NCBI GenBank assembly: GCA_000165345.1
Contig: CM000436.1
Coordinates: 832,001 to 896,000 of the forward strand
Reading direction: 5' to 3'
Length of the DNA stretch: 64,000 nt
Part shown: piece by piece, positions 32,526 through 42,008 of the stretch
Position numbering within the stretch: position 1 is the first letter of the stretch
Layout of the letters: each line of letters starts with the position of its first letter
Notes under the pieces: model-generated
What the model was told of the DNA's origin: nothing
The model's input: only the letters and a program-made list of their open reading frames with translations
The model's database searches: none
Position numbers and translations under genes: made by a program

Positions 32526-35500
32526 TTACCTAATTTCTACTTTTTTTTTGAAAACAGTTGAAATGGACTTGGTTGCACTTAGTTTGTGTTTTTCTTTCGA
32601 CAGTGCCGGATTAAGTCTCAAATATGCAAATGGCTGCATTCCATTTCTTGCGATATCGCCTTGTGCATTCTTACTTTTGAATTCTTTCGCACTTTTAACG
32701 GTTATATGTTGCCTTCTTTTCTTTTGATTATCATTCTTTTTAGTTGACGTTCTTTTATAAAACTTAATACCTTCGCATTTTAATGGACTAAAGTTTAATT
32801 CTGGACTTTTGTCAATATCAATATTTCCTGGTCTGGATTTTTCATTAACAATAACTTTATTCAAAACTTTATCGAATTCTACAGTTCCGTCATCATCGTT
32901 GCAATGCCTGTTAGTTATTTTGTTTGAGCTGGTGCACAGAATTCTAGATGACGCTTCTGAACTTAATAAATCTGTTGGGTTAATAAAATTTCCGTAGCCA
33001 TCGTCAATAATTGTGAGAGATTTACTTGTATCTTTATGATAATTCGAAGTGCTATGTTTTATTTGAGAATTGTAACTCGTTTTTATTCCAAAAGAACTCT
33101 TCTTTCTACTTTCTGAGTCTTCATCACTTAAAATTATATCGTCGTATTCAATGTTATGGAAGAATTCTTGGTCTTTAAAGATCAATTCCTTCGTTTCGAG
33201 CTCATCAACTTCGTCGCATACGTTATTAAATATGTCTGGATTATTTTTTCGTGCTTTTTTCCTGGATGTTTTATTCATTTCCCTTATTAGATATCTATAT
33301 AACTGATTGTGCTCAAGAGGAAATACTTGAGAAGTCTTTTCCGCTCCAAACCTTTTAATTAATGAAATTAGAATTTTTCTAACATAAATACGGAATTTTA
33401 AAGAACATTGGTTATTCAGTATATTTGAAATAATATTTGGAGTATAGTTCCACATTAAATCGGCTTTTAGGCGTAAAAGAAATATTCTAATGCATTTTAG
33501 GCTATTAAAATAAACTAATGGATTGGCGTTATTTAGTGAATGAACGATGAAATTGATTATTAATTGCAAAATCGAATTGCCATGAGTTTGCAAACGATTC
33601 TGTATTACATCTCCATAATCAAAAATTATTCTAGTTAATGAGATTATACATGAAATTTCTATGTAGTCATTATTAATTTGGCCATTGTTAATTTGAGAAA
33701 GTGTGATAATTTTTACGATAATAATCTCCAATAATTGATCATTTTCAATGCAGCATTCTATTAAGGATTTCAATAATGTAATTGCATTTATTCTCACAGT
33801 AAAATTTGGTTCTCTGATACTAAATAAAATTTCTGGAATTAAATGGTTAATAATTTGATCCTTTCCAAAATATAAAGCGTACTCTTTTTCATCTAATTTT
33901 TTAATTAACTGCACAAATACTCTTAAGCAACTCAATCTGTGTTTTAAAGAATTAACTGGGCATTTTCCACTGTCCAATGTTATGATTTTCCAGATTTCTG
34001 AAAGCTGATCCTTTAAACCTAAAGGCGTACTAGTACGATCTCTAAGAGTCTCAAGGCCCACTTTGAGTCCTTTGTAAAGCCTTTTTAGTAATTGAGATCT
34101 TTCATTGAAGTAATTCTTAGATTCGCGCGTTAATAAAACTTTTAATAACCGAAGAAAATAAGAAAGAATTGAATTGACCTTATCAAAACTAATGCGTTTA
34201 AACATAATTATTGCAACGTCTAATAGTGCAATAATTTTACCACATGAAAGTGGCAATCTTGAGGATTCTACGCCCTGAGCAAGATTTTCCCAAACGATAT
34301 AAAAGTTCTTTAAGTTCTTTTGTAAAACAGACTCGTTGCAAAATGGCACAAGGTTTTGGATGCAAATTAAATAATGTTGAGATTCTTGTTCTTTTATTAT
34401 ATTTACCTGGCTTTCTCTAGCGTTTTCTGAATTACAGTTTAAGAATCTGACTATCAAAAGCGACAAAAATGTATTTGAATGCATATTTAAAGCCTTTGTA
34501 TTTTCTTTCCAAGTCTTCATTGCAACATAATATTTTCTATTGTCAATATTACTCATTTTTTTTGCATCGTAGAGTTCATCTTCATTATCATTCGACAGAC
34601 CGCGACCAATAAAAGTTTGTCTAGAAATTCTTAAAAGGGCATTACATATATGGTCTCTCAAACCAGGTCTTTCCAATAATTGTATCATATATGACCTTAG
34701 GTTTCCATCCCTATTTCCAAATGTCTCAATAAAATCAAGCGGTTCATCAAAGAACCCAGGAAGCAAAGCCCAAACTTGTTCTTCAAGAATACTATAAAGT
34801 CTAGCATAATTAGGTTCTGTATCTTTGTATTTGGAACAGTATTCATTGAGCTTTAGTGCTATTGGGAGGAGATTCTCAATAAAAAAAGAAAGTTCTGTTC
34901 TATTAATATGAACTCTGAGTAGAGGGAGTAACCAGGAATTGCTCTTTATTGCAAAATTATGATCTGCTAATTCAACATTATCAAATGATAAAGGCCTTTT
35001 CTTTAACACTAAATTTGGTCCGAATGCTCTTGTAATCGACCCTACAATTCGCCTAAGTTCTTCCTTTAGATTTGAAAGATCTTTATATTCAAAAGACGAA
35101 TAATTCGAGATACCACATAATGCAACTGATGCCATATCTAAAGTTTTGCAAATTACCTCTTGAAATAACTCTATCCCATGGCTCCTTTTAATTCTCAATA
35201 TTTCTATTGTGTTGTAATAATAGTAAATTATTACTAATTCATCCCATGACTCAATCATGACTATCAGAAGCCTTAAGAGTTCTTGCAATGAAAGTTTATA
35301 TCTATAGTCATCTAACATTGATGAACAAAGAGGTAATAATTTTGTTATTATTAGCTCGAATAAAGCATATTTTTCAATACTTTTTTCTAATTCAGGGTAT
35401 TCTGTTATACTTTCCTTCGCCCTTAAAAATAGATCTATTAAAGAGTTTATAACTGTGGAGTGAATAGCGTTATCAGTTGTAAACATAAACTGCTTTAAAG

Positions 35501-36545
35501 AGTGAATAAATGTATCGATTAAAGCATCTATATCCATTTGTTGAATATCTTTTTCAAAAGTGTCAAATAATACGTATTTCAAACAGTTAATACAAGTTTC
35601 TAAATAAGTTTGTATCAACACAGCATCCCTTGCTTCTTTGAAGTCACAGATAAGATGTTCAAGTGTATATAAGGGAATCCAAATGTATCTGGACTCAAAT
35701 TTTAGTTTGTCTAATAAATTTACTTGATTTTTCAAGCATTTCAAAGCATAAATTGAGAAAAATCTGTATTGTTTCAAAGTACAGAGCTGTAACAAGGTAT
35801 TTAAATATTCCTTGATTTGACTCTGATCAAGGAAGTTAACCAGTGAAAAATATAGTTGATTTATTGGGATTAAGATTTGTTCATTATATTCTAAAGCAAA
35901 CCCCTTAGATACATCCAAATGCCTTTGTCCATGAATTGATAAGTAATGTAATGCTAATTTATGAATAGAAAGTAGAATAAGTGAGTTATCTTGAACCAGT
36001 TTTAATAAATCAATAATACAAATCTGGATCTGAATCTTTTGTTTTTCAGAGATATGGGTCTCTAGAAGAATTTCCATTAAATTTATAAACGTTTTAGGGC
36101 TTAGTTGGATACTATCAAAGGCTGAGCAGAATTGTTTCAATATAGAAGTGGCTTGATTCAATCCAATTTTTGCCTGACCGTTTTTTGAAATTAAAACTAA
36201 AATGCCAACTAATCGGTTAATAATTACTTGCGAAATAGCTAAATAATTGGTTCCTAAAATGTTCACATCTAAAGTTCCCAAGATTCTCTTTTGTAGAGTT
36301 AATAGGCCAGTAAGTGTTTTCACATCTGCGTTCGCGTAGTGAATATTATCTAGTTTATTTCCTGAAAGAATGTTTTCAATTGCTTCAAAAGTTAGGTTAA
36401 TAAATATAGGGACCGTACAAAATCCATTTCTGGAAAGAATTGACTCTTTAATAATTAAAAAGCTTTGAAATGCCTCCAAATATGACTCTTTTTTAAGAGA
36501 TAATAATTTAAGACTCTCCTCTAGATCAAAAATGAGTGGATCCAT
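32526..36545 (-). CDS. large helical-repeat protein, probably RRP12-like ribosome biogenesis/export factor
   Basis: The 1339-aa ATG-initiated ORF is Leu/Ile-rich throughout, which is HEAT/ARM-like. The basic C-terminal tail contains ...GMQPFAYLRLNPALSKEKHKLSATK.... This resembles the conserved RRP12 C-terminal PYAY-x-PL motif, but the assignment is tentative. Confidence 0.5.
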   Translation of the reverse strand: MDPLIFDLEESLKLLSLKKESYLEAFQSFLIIKESILSRNGFCTVPIFINLTFEAIENILSGNKLDNIHYANADVKTLTGLLTLQKRILGTLDVNILGTNYLAISQVIINRLVGILVLISKNGQAKIGLNQATSILKQFCSAFDSIQLSPKTFINLMEILLETHISEKQKIQIQICIIDLLKLVQDNSLILLSIHKLALHYLSIHGQRHLDVSKGFALEYNEQILIPINQLYFSLVNFLDQSQIKEYLNTLLQLCTLKQYRFFSIYALKCLKNQVNLLDKLKFESRYIWIPLYTLEHLICDFKEARDAVLIQTYLETCINCLKYVLFDTFEKDIQQMDIDALIDTFIHSLKQFMFTTDNAIHSTVINSLIDLFLRAKESITEYPELEKSIEKYALFELIITKLLPLCSSMLDDYRYKLSLQELLRLLIVMIESWDELVIIYYYYNTIEILRIKRSHGIELFQEVICKTLDMASVALCGISNYSSFEYKDLSNLKEELRRIVGSITRAFGPNLVLKKRPLSFDNVELADHNFAIKSNSWLLPLLRVHINRTELSFFIENLLPIALKLNEYCSKYKDTEPNYARLYSILEEQVWALLPGFFDEPLDFIETFGNRDGNLRSYMIQLLERPGLRDHICNALLRISRQTFIGRGLSNDNEDELYDAKKMSNIDNRKYYVAMKTWKENTKALNMHSNTFLSLLIVRFLNCNSENARESQVNIIKEQESQHYLICIQNLVPFCNESVLQKNLKNFYIVWENLAQGVESSRLPLSCGKIIALLDVAIIMFKRISFDKVNSILSYFLRLLKVLLTRESKNYFNERSQLLKRLYKGLKVGLETLRDRTSTPLGLKDQLSEIWKIITLDSGKCPVNSLKHRLSCLRVFVQLIKKLDEKEYALYFGKDQIINHLIPEILFSIREPNFTVRINAITLLKSLIECCIENDQLLEIIIVKIITLSQINNGQINNDYIEISCIISLTRIIFDYGDVIQNRLQTHGNSILQLIINFIVHSLNNANPLVYFNSLKCIRIFLLRLKADLMWNYTPNIISNILNNQCSLKFRIYVRKILISLIKRFGAEKTSQVFPLEHNQLYRYLIREMNKTSRKKARKNNPDIFNNVCDEVDELETKELIFKDQEFFHNIEYDDIILSDEDSESRKKSSFGIKTSYNSQIKHSTSNYHKDTSKSLTIIDDGYGNFINPTDLLSSEASSRILCTSSNKITNRHCNDDDGTVEFDKVLNKVIVNEKSRPGNIDIDKSPELNFSPLKCEGIKFYKRTSTKKNDNQKKRRQHITVKSAKEFKSKNAQGDIARNGMQPFAYLRLNPALSKEKHKLSATKSISTVFKKKVEIR

Positions 36546-36915
36546 AATAATTTATGCTTTAACTATATTTTAAAATTCAGATTCGGTACCAAAGGCATAA
36601 TTTGAAAACCTTTTTTCTTCTATGAATTAAAATTTTAATCAGCCAGTTGGAGGTAAAATAATTTAATGGTTTTAATATTAAGGCAGTCAGGGCCTATACC
36701 GTTATGCATAGCACGTCACGTCTACGGGTTAGTGCTGCCTTTACCGGTTTTTTATATTAAAGATAGTTTTTAAACGTTGAAATACAAATAAAGCATTGTA
36801 GTTAACACAAATTTGTTTATTTTCCCAAGTTATATTTAAATATATTTTAAACAGGTTAACTATATTTTTAAGTTCATACTTTTCTAGATAAGTTTCAAGG
36901 TTATTAGTTATAAAA
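36546..36915. promoter_or_regulatory. shared bidirectional promoter of divergent RRP12-like (minus) and Brix/SSF1 (plus) ribosome-biogenesis genes, containing a GC-rich imperfect palindrome at 36680..36741
   Basis: The two start codons are 370 bp apart and face outward. The element AAGGCAG-TCAGGGCCTATACCGTTATGCATAGCACGTCACGTCTACGGGTTAGTG-CTGCCTT has 7-bp terminal inverted arms, an inner CCGT...ACGG pair, an ATGCAT core and tandem CACGT CACGT. It sits in otherwise AT-rich sequence. Confidence 0.4.
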
Positions 36916-38007
36916 ATGCCTAAGCTGCACGGGAGAAGGAAAAAAACAAAAACTCATAAAAAGGAACTTGTCGAGGAGGAACTTAAATCTATTCCAAAAT
37001 GTTTTGTATTAAGAAAGGGCAAAGTTGTTAAGCAGTTAAAAGGCTTAGTAATGGACTTAAGATATCTAATGTCTCCCTGGAGCGCAATTAAATTGCAGGA
37101 GAATAAGCACAACAAGATCAAGGATTTTGTCAGTATTGCAGGCCCATTGGGGATATCACATATTCTTGCAGTAAGCCAAACTGCTTCAGGCGCCTATATC
37201 AGATTAATTGTATTGCCTTCTGGGCCAACAGCGACATTTAAAATCGAAGATTTCAGCCTAATGCATGATATTAGATCTTCACAAAAAAGGCCTAGAAGTT
37301 GCAGTTCGGATTATTTAACATCTCCATTGCTGGTATTAAATGGGATCAAGAATCTGCCTTCAAACGACTCTACTAACCCCATACCTTTAAATTTACTTCA
37401 AACAATGATAAATGGGATGTTTCCTGCAATTGATTTGACAAAAATACGGATAAGATCTTGTAAAAGAGTTGTTCTTATCGAATATTGTAAAGATAGTGAA
37501 TTGTTTGAACTAAGACATTACGCAATTATACGTCGTCCAGCTGGAGTTTCAAAGCCAATTAAGAAATTACTATTAAAAACAAAAGACCAGAAACTTTACT
37601 CTATAGGGAGAGGGGATGATATGGCAGATTATGTTTTGTCTTCAGAAAATGGAGCCTGTGCCTCAGATAGCGAAGTTGATGATGAAGTAGAGGTAAAGAT
37701 GCCCACTTCGAGTGGGAGCCGCGATGAAAATCAAATGGGTTTGTCGGAAAGAAGTGGTAGTTATACAGGAAAAGTTTCTGTCTCATTGAAAGAGTTAGGT
37801 CCTAGAATATCAATGAGATTGGTTAAGGTAGTCGATGAAGTTTGTGATGGGGCTGTTATTTATCATCGTTTTGTTAGAAAGAGCAAGGACGAACTAAAAG
37901 AATTAGAAAAAAAAGAAATATTATTAAAAGAAAGAAGAAAAGAGGAAAATTCCCTATTGAATAGCTACAATGAAGACAATAATTCATGTAAAGACACATG
38001 TGAGTAA
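36916..38007 (+). CDS. Brix-domain ribosome biogenesis protein (SSF1/Peter Pan family)
   Basis: The N-terminus MPKLHGRRKKTKTHKK...IPKCFVLRKGKVVKQLKGLVMDLRYLMSPWSAIKLQENKHNKIKDFVSIAGPLGISHILAVSQT...IRLIVLPSGPTATFKIEDFSLMHDI matches the SSF1/Ppan Brix signature. An acidic/Lys-rich tail follows. Confidence 0.85.
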   Translation: MPKLHGRRKKTKTHKKELVEEELKSIPKCFVLRKGKVVKQLKGLVMDLRYLMSPWSAIKLQENKHNKIKDFVSIAGPLGISHILAVSQTASGAYIRLIVLPSGPTATFKIEDFSLMHDIRSSQKRPRSCSSDYLTSPLLVLNGIKNLPSNDSTNPIPLNLLQTMINGMFPAIDLTKIRIRSCKRVVLIEYCKDSELFELRHYAIIRRPAGVSKPIKKLLLKTKDQKLYSIGRGDDMADYVLSSENGACASDSEVDDEVEVKMPTSSGSRDENQMGLSERSGSYTGKVSVSLKELGPRISMRLVKVVDEVCDGAVIYHRFVRKSKDELKELEKKEILLKERRKEENSLLNSYNEDNNSCKDTCE

Positions 38008-38076
38008 TAAGAAAGTAATATTTATATTGAAAAGTTATTATATTAAGTATAGTTCATGTTAATTAATGTTTGTAAC

Positions 38077-39078
38077 TTATTTCAGAAAAAATTTGCCAAA
38101 TTTTCTGCGTAATTCACTTTTTTCTGAAACAGTTTTTCTGTATTCGTTAAACTGATCTCCAATATTGGTATCATTACACCTGAATCTCTTTAAATATTCC
38201 CTTATATCACCTGGTTGTAAGGCTGCTGCCTTTAATAAATCAATAATTGAGTTAAGTTCGTTGTCATATGGATCACCTTTAAATATAGGGAGCACGATAG
38301 AGTTATCGTATTGAATATTTGCAGAATACGATTCATTATCAACAAGAATTACTCTATTTAGGTTTCTTCCAAGACGACTTAAGTTTTTGAATAGCTTACC
38401 ATTAATCTTTGAAAAGTGGTTTTTGTTCAAGATCCCAATTATGGGTAAATTCCATTTTTCCAGAACTTCATGAGGAATTGGGAATGATTCATCACTCCAA
38501 ATCACAATTTCATAATAATTTTTAAGTATATTAAAAAACTTATCTACGCCGGGCCTTTTTACAATTCCCCAACCATTTTTTTTAGAATGGGTAATTTCAC
38601 ATATTAACCCACGTAGACCAAGCACAAGAGTAGGTAAATTTCTTGGGTATCCTAACTGTTCGAAGTCGGGTAATAGAGGCTCATCATCAGGTGGAACGAA
38701 CCTATTAATTTGGTTTTGCAATAAGTCATAGCTCCAATCATTAAATCTCTCGAATTTATTGCATATATCGGATAGACGTATTGGCCTTTTCTTAGCAACA
38801 AAATACCCAAAATACATTGTAATTCCTATTCCAAGTAGATTTTTAGTAATAATCCTGTATAAGTTGAGCTTTGGTGCACTTTGATTTAAATTGTGAAAAT
38901 TTCGAAAGTTGTTATTAAGCAAAATAAAGTATTTATCTCGATTTAGCTTCCGCTGTAAGTTGTAATGGAAACGCGAGTAAAGAAACCTGATATCTAAGTT
39001 CTTTACAAGAAAAGTTGAGTATTGCGGCGAAATTAATATATGTCTTTTGAAGCATTTTACAATGGTGTTTAGAAGCAT
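38077..39078 (-). CDS. TIM50-like protein (FCP1-homology/NIF phosphatase-like domain with N-terminal TM segment)
   Basis: A TM helix (LLGIGITMYFGYFVA) is followed by an FCP1-like domain. PTLVLGLRGLICEI...YYEIVIWSDESFPIPHEVLEKWNLPIIGIL...NRVILVDNESYSANIQ... is typical of TIM50. Confidence 0.75.
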   Translation of the reverse strand: MLLNTIVKCFKRHILISPQYSTFLVKNLDIRFLYSRFHYNLQRKLNRDKYFILLNNNFRNFHNLNQSAPKLNLYRIITKNLLGIGITMYFGYFVAKKRPIRLSDICNKFERFNDWSYDLLQNQINRFVPPDDEPLLPDFEQLGYPRNLPTLVLGLRGLICEITHSKKNGWGIVKRPGVDKFFNILKNYYEIVIWSDESFPIPHEVLEKWNLPIIGILNKNHFSKINGKLFKNLSRLGRNLNRVILVDNESYSANIQYDNSIVLPIFKGDPYDNELNSIIDLLKAAALQPGDIREYLKRFRCNDTNIGDQFNEYRKTVSEKSELRRKFGKFFLK

Positions 39079-39229
39079 CTAAATTTGTATAAACTAAAAT
39101 ATCAACAATAAACCCCCGCCAGCGAAAATCAATTAGCTAGCGGAACAATTTAAACATCTTAAAGTGAGGTGACAGGATACTTCTATAACTTGGCTTTAAA
39201 AATAATGAAGACAATGATTCGACAGGCAT

Positions 39230-39600
39230 TCAATGTATTTCACTTACTATTGTTGCAATACATGTAGGAATACTTTCTGGCAACTCTACCCAAAGTTTAT
39301 GGATTACTTTCCTTGCTTTAAGATCAGATGAAACATTCCTTAAAGTTTTTTCATCCGGGCAATTAAGAACAACTTTTCTCATTTGGTTAATTTCTTTAAG
39401 ATATTCTTTGACAGAGTCTTCTCCTAAATTTTCAAAAATAGCTGCGGAACTAAGTAAAATTAAATGTATTTAAGGACAAAATATAAATTCTGTAATATAT
39501 AACTAACCTTGCATGACAAGCCTGAGCAATAATTGAACCGGTACTCCATCCAAGATCTGAACGAACTAGAATATATTGAATGATTTGTTCTTTCTGATCC
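39230..39600 (-). CDS. PTRHD1-like (peptidyl-tRNA hydrolase PTH2-domain) protein, 2 exons: 39506..39600, 39230..39449
   Basis: The gene is not in the ORF track. Exon 1 is MDQKEQIIQYILVRSDLGWSTGSIIAQACHA plus partial codon AG, followed by a GTTAGT donor. After the 56-nt intron the join yields ...QACHASSAAIFENLGEDSVKEYLKEINQMRKVVLNCPDEKTLRNVSSDLKARKVIHKLWVELPESIPTCIATIV.... This aligns to human PTRHD1 (...LVQYLVLRKDL...ALVAQACHAATAAL...[51 protein letters not shown]). Confidence 0.65.
39450..39505 (-). other. intron (56 nt) of PTRHD1-like gene
   Basis: GTTAGT donor and ttacttag acceptor. The unspliced read-through hits TAG immediately. Confidence 0.6.
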
Positions 39601-39794
39601 ATTTATTTAACTGAATTTATTTAATATCGAACACCTCCCGCTCAACCAAAACAAAAATTTTGATATATTACAAGACTATTTGATAAATAGTCACAAATTT
39701 TTCTATATGAGGAATATATCTTACAAAATATATGATTTCTTTCATTATTCCTTTATATTAGTCAATATTTCGTGGCATATCAAAATAATTGAAT

Positions 39795-40270
39795 TTATGA
39801 TGCAAGGCATTCGCCACAAAATTGATGATCATGAATCTGCTGATTATCATTTTTAACATAGAGTTGGTTACACTCTGAATGCTGGCTATTGCAACATTTA
39901 TGAGTATGAATTTCTCTTGGTACATGGCAGTTTACTTGCTGATTTTGTAAATGCTGATGTTGGATATACGACTGCGGAGGAACATATTGCTGGTTAGTGT
40001 CATTCGCATTTATAAAAATATTTGATTGAAATTCATTAATTGCCTTTTCTTGATCTGAAATTTATAAAAAAATCAAGATAATTTACGTAAAAAATAAACC
40101 AAGAAATCATTAATCAAAATTGTGTTACTTTACAACTTACCTATGAATGACTTAGCTTTGGGTGTAAATCTATGCGAGGTTCTAAGAAGCGTCCACATCA
40201 GTATGAAAACTGCAACGAACAAAAAAATGGCTAAGGTAACAATAACTGGGACGATCCAGGGGGCCAACAT
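39795..40270 (-). CDS. small single-pass membrane protein with Cys/His-rich C-terminal tail (hypothetical), 2 exons: 40141..40270, 39795..40054
   Basis: The gene is not in the ORF track. Exon 1 is MLAPWIVPVIVTLAIFLFVAVFILMWTLLRTSHRFTPKAKSFIG, a TM helix, followed by GTAAGT. After the 86-nt intron and a TTTCAG acceptor, exon 2 is an 86-codon open frame. It reads DQEKAINEF...NCHVPREIHTHKCCNSQHSECN...HDHQFCGECLAS. No family was recognised. Confidence 0.45.
40055..40140 (-). other. intron (86 nt) of TM/Cys-His small protein gene
   Basis: GTAAGT donor and TTTCAG acceptor. Both flanking exons are open. Confidence 0.45.
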
Positions 40271-40542
40271 ATTTGTTTTAATTAGCACGAATCCTTCTCT
40301 GTTTCCTTCTAGTTACAATTGATCAAAGGATTACGTTGGGTAGACATAACGTATTTCTGACTTTATGTGATTTAGAGATTTAAAAAGGGGATAAATACTT
40401 ATGGAATAAATGGAAATTAATGGCAAAAATTTGTGTGATATTACTAATAATTGTAATGTACTAATAGAATTTTATTTTTAAACAGTTTAAATACTAAATT
40501 TAAACAGCTTTGTAAGTGAACGATCACATTTCCTAGAAAACT

Positions 40543-41517
40543 TTAAAACTCAATACTTGCATCTTGGACTTCAATAGAAATAGTATAACACCTTTTACTT
40601 TCATTAACACACCTCTCGAGCTTTGAAAGACATTTTAAATTTAGCCCTGCTTTTGCTTCTAAACAATCTTGAAATAATACTATTGTCTGCTTCCAGTGCG
40701 TAGGTTTGTCATAAGGCGATGTGGAAAGTATAATGGCATTAGACTTGTGAGCGGGGAATTCTATATCGAACCATACTATAAAGCCATGGACGAATTCTGT
40801 ATCTTTTTTTACTTTAAGAGTAAACTGTGATTTAATAATATCAAGATCATTGATGTTTATTTTTAAGAGATCCAAACTTAATATACGCGCAAATGAAAAG
40901 TTTTCGACGTTTTTTGGTTCTACGCCGAGTATCAAAGGCGATTTTAAGTAACTAGAATGTATTATCCTCCTCATTGAAGAGTAATCAAATCCTTGAATAT
41001 TATTTATTCCTTCAATGTTTTTATACCAAAAGTCTTCAATTTCTACTAATGATACATATAGCGACGCTTTTTCAGGGAAAATTACGCCATGCTTAGAATT
41101 AAGCCATTTGTCTCTTGCAAAAATTACACTGTCAAGCATTCCTTCATGTAACAGATAGAAACCCATCCATTCAGAAACAATGATGTCAACTTGATTTACA
41201 GGGAGCTCAATTTCTTCTATAACCCCATGGATGACTTTCACAACCTCTGATAGTTCATTATCTTCTACGATTGTTTTTGCTAGAAATGATATATTGCTCC
41301 CATCTACAGCATATACTGCTTTAGCTCCGCATTTTGCTGCAAGCATAGACAATATTCCTGTTCCACATCCCACATCTAACACTATTTTTCCTTTGAACAA
41401 CTCTTTGTTTTCCTCGAATGATCGTTTATAAGCTTCTACTCTCTCCACATCTTGAAGCATTAATTGATGAACCAAAAGATCGTCATAGCTCCTCGAGTAA
41501 GTATCCAGAGTTGACAT
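40543..41517 (-). CDS. protein arginine N-methyltransferase (PRMT1-like)
   Basis: Motif I is VLDVGCGTGILSMLAAKCGAKAVYAVD. Post-I VIHGVIEEIELP, a double-E loop (SEWMG) and a THW loop (KPTHWKQT) are all present. Confidence 0.85.
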   Translation of the reverse strand: MSTLDTYSRSYDDLLVHQLMLQDVERVEAYKRSFEENKELFKGKIVLDVGCGTGILSMLAAKCGAKAVYAVDGSNISFLAKTIVEDNELSEVVKVIHGVIEEIELPVNQVDIIVSEWMGFYLLHEGMLDSVIFARDKWLNSKHGVIFPEKASLYVSLVEIEDFWYKNIEGINNIQGFDYSSMRRIIHSSYLKSPLILGVEPKNVENFSFARILSLDLLKININDLDIIKSQFTLKVKKDTEFVHGFIVWFDIEFPAHKSNAIILSTSPYDKPTHWKQTIVLFQDCLEAKAGLNLKCLSKLERCVNESKRCYTISIEVQDASIEF

Positions 41518-42008
41518 ATTGACTTAAGTTGAGCACTTTTCATTGCCGGGGGTTAAGACAGAAATTTAATTGGCGGAATTTTCCCAAGTTTCAAAGGTTG
41601 AAATAAAAAAAGGTAAGTATTATTTATGATATAGGAGAGCCAATACTGGCATCTTGAATATAATAGCCACTGGATCTATATAGTTTGGTTGCAACCTGAT
41701 CTATAGTTTTTTCAATTAGTACTAAATAGCGGGAGTTGAGTAATTGTGCCCACTGTGTGCCTATAAATTGGATTGTGGCGGTAGTGAATCTTAATCATGA
41801 GACAAGATTTAGCATACTCAGATTTGAAAGATTAAGGAAGTAAACAAAACTTGGTGTTGCAATTAGTTGAGTAACGAGATACTAGTGGTAATAAGCAAAA
41901 ATATATCGAACAGTTACTATTAGTAGTGCTAAAGCATAGATTTTTATAAATACAAGTGTATTTTTTTTTTTTTTTGCTAGTTAAGCTTTAAATCATTAAA
42001 AAATTAAG

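Noticed and set aside
36680-36741. GC-rich 62-nt hairpin-like element considered as a tRNA or small ncRNA gene
   Set aside because: There is no tRNA cloverleaf, no T-loop GGTTCGANTCC, no anticodon arm, and no box C/D or H/ACA signatures. It is retained only as a candidate promoter palindrome.
41960-41977. 17-nt poly(T) tract and other homopolymer runs (for example poly(A) at 19718-19728) considered as mobile-element poly(A) tails or target-site marks
   Set aside because: There are no flanking direct repeats, no reverse-transcriptase or transposase ORFs, and no LTR-like structure anywhere in the window. Homopolymers are normal in AT-rich intergenic DNA.
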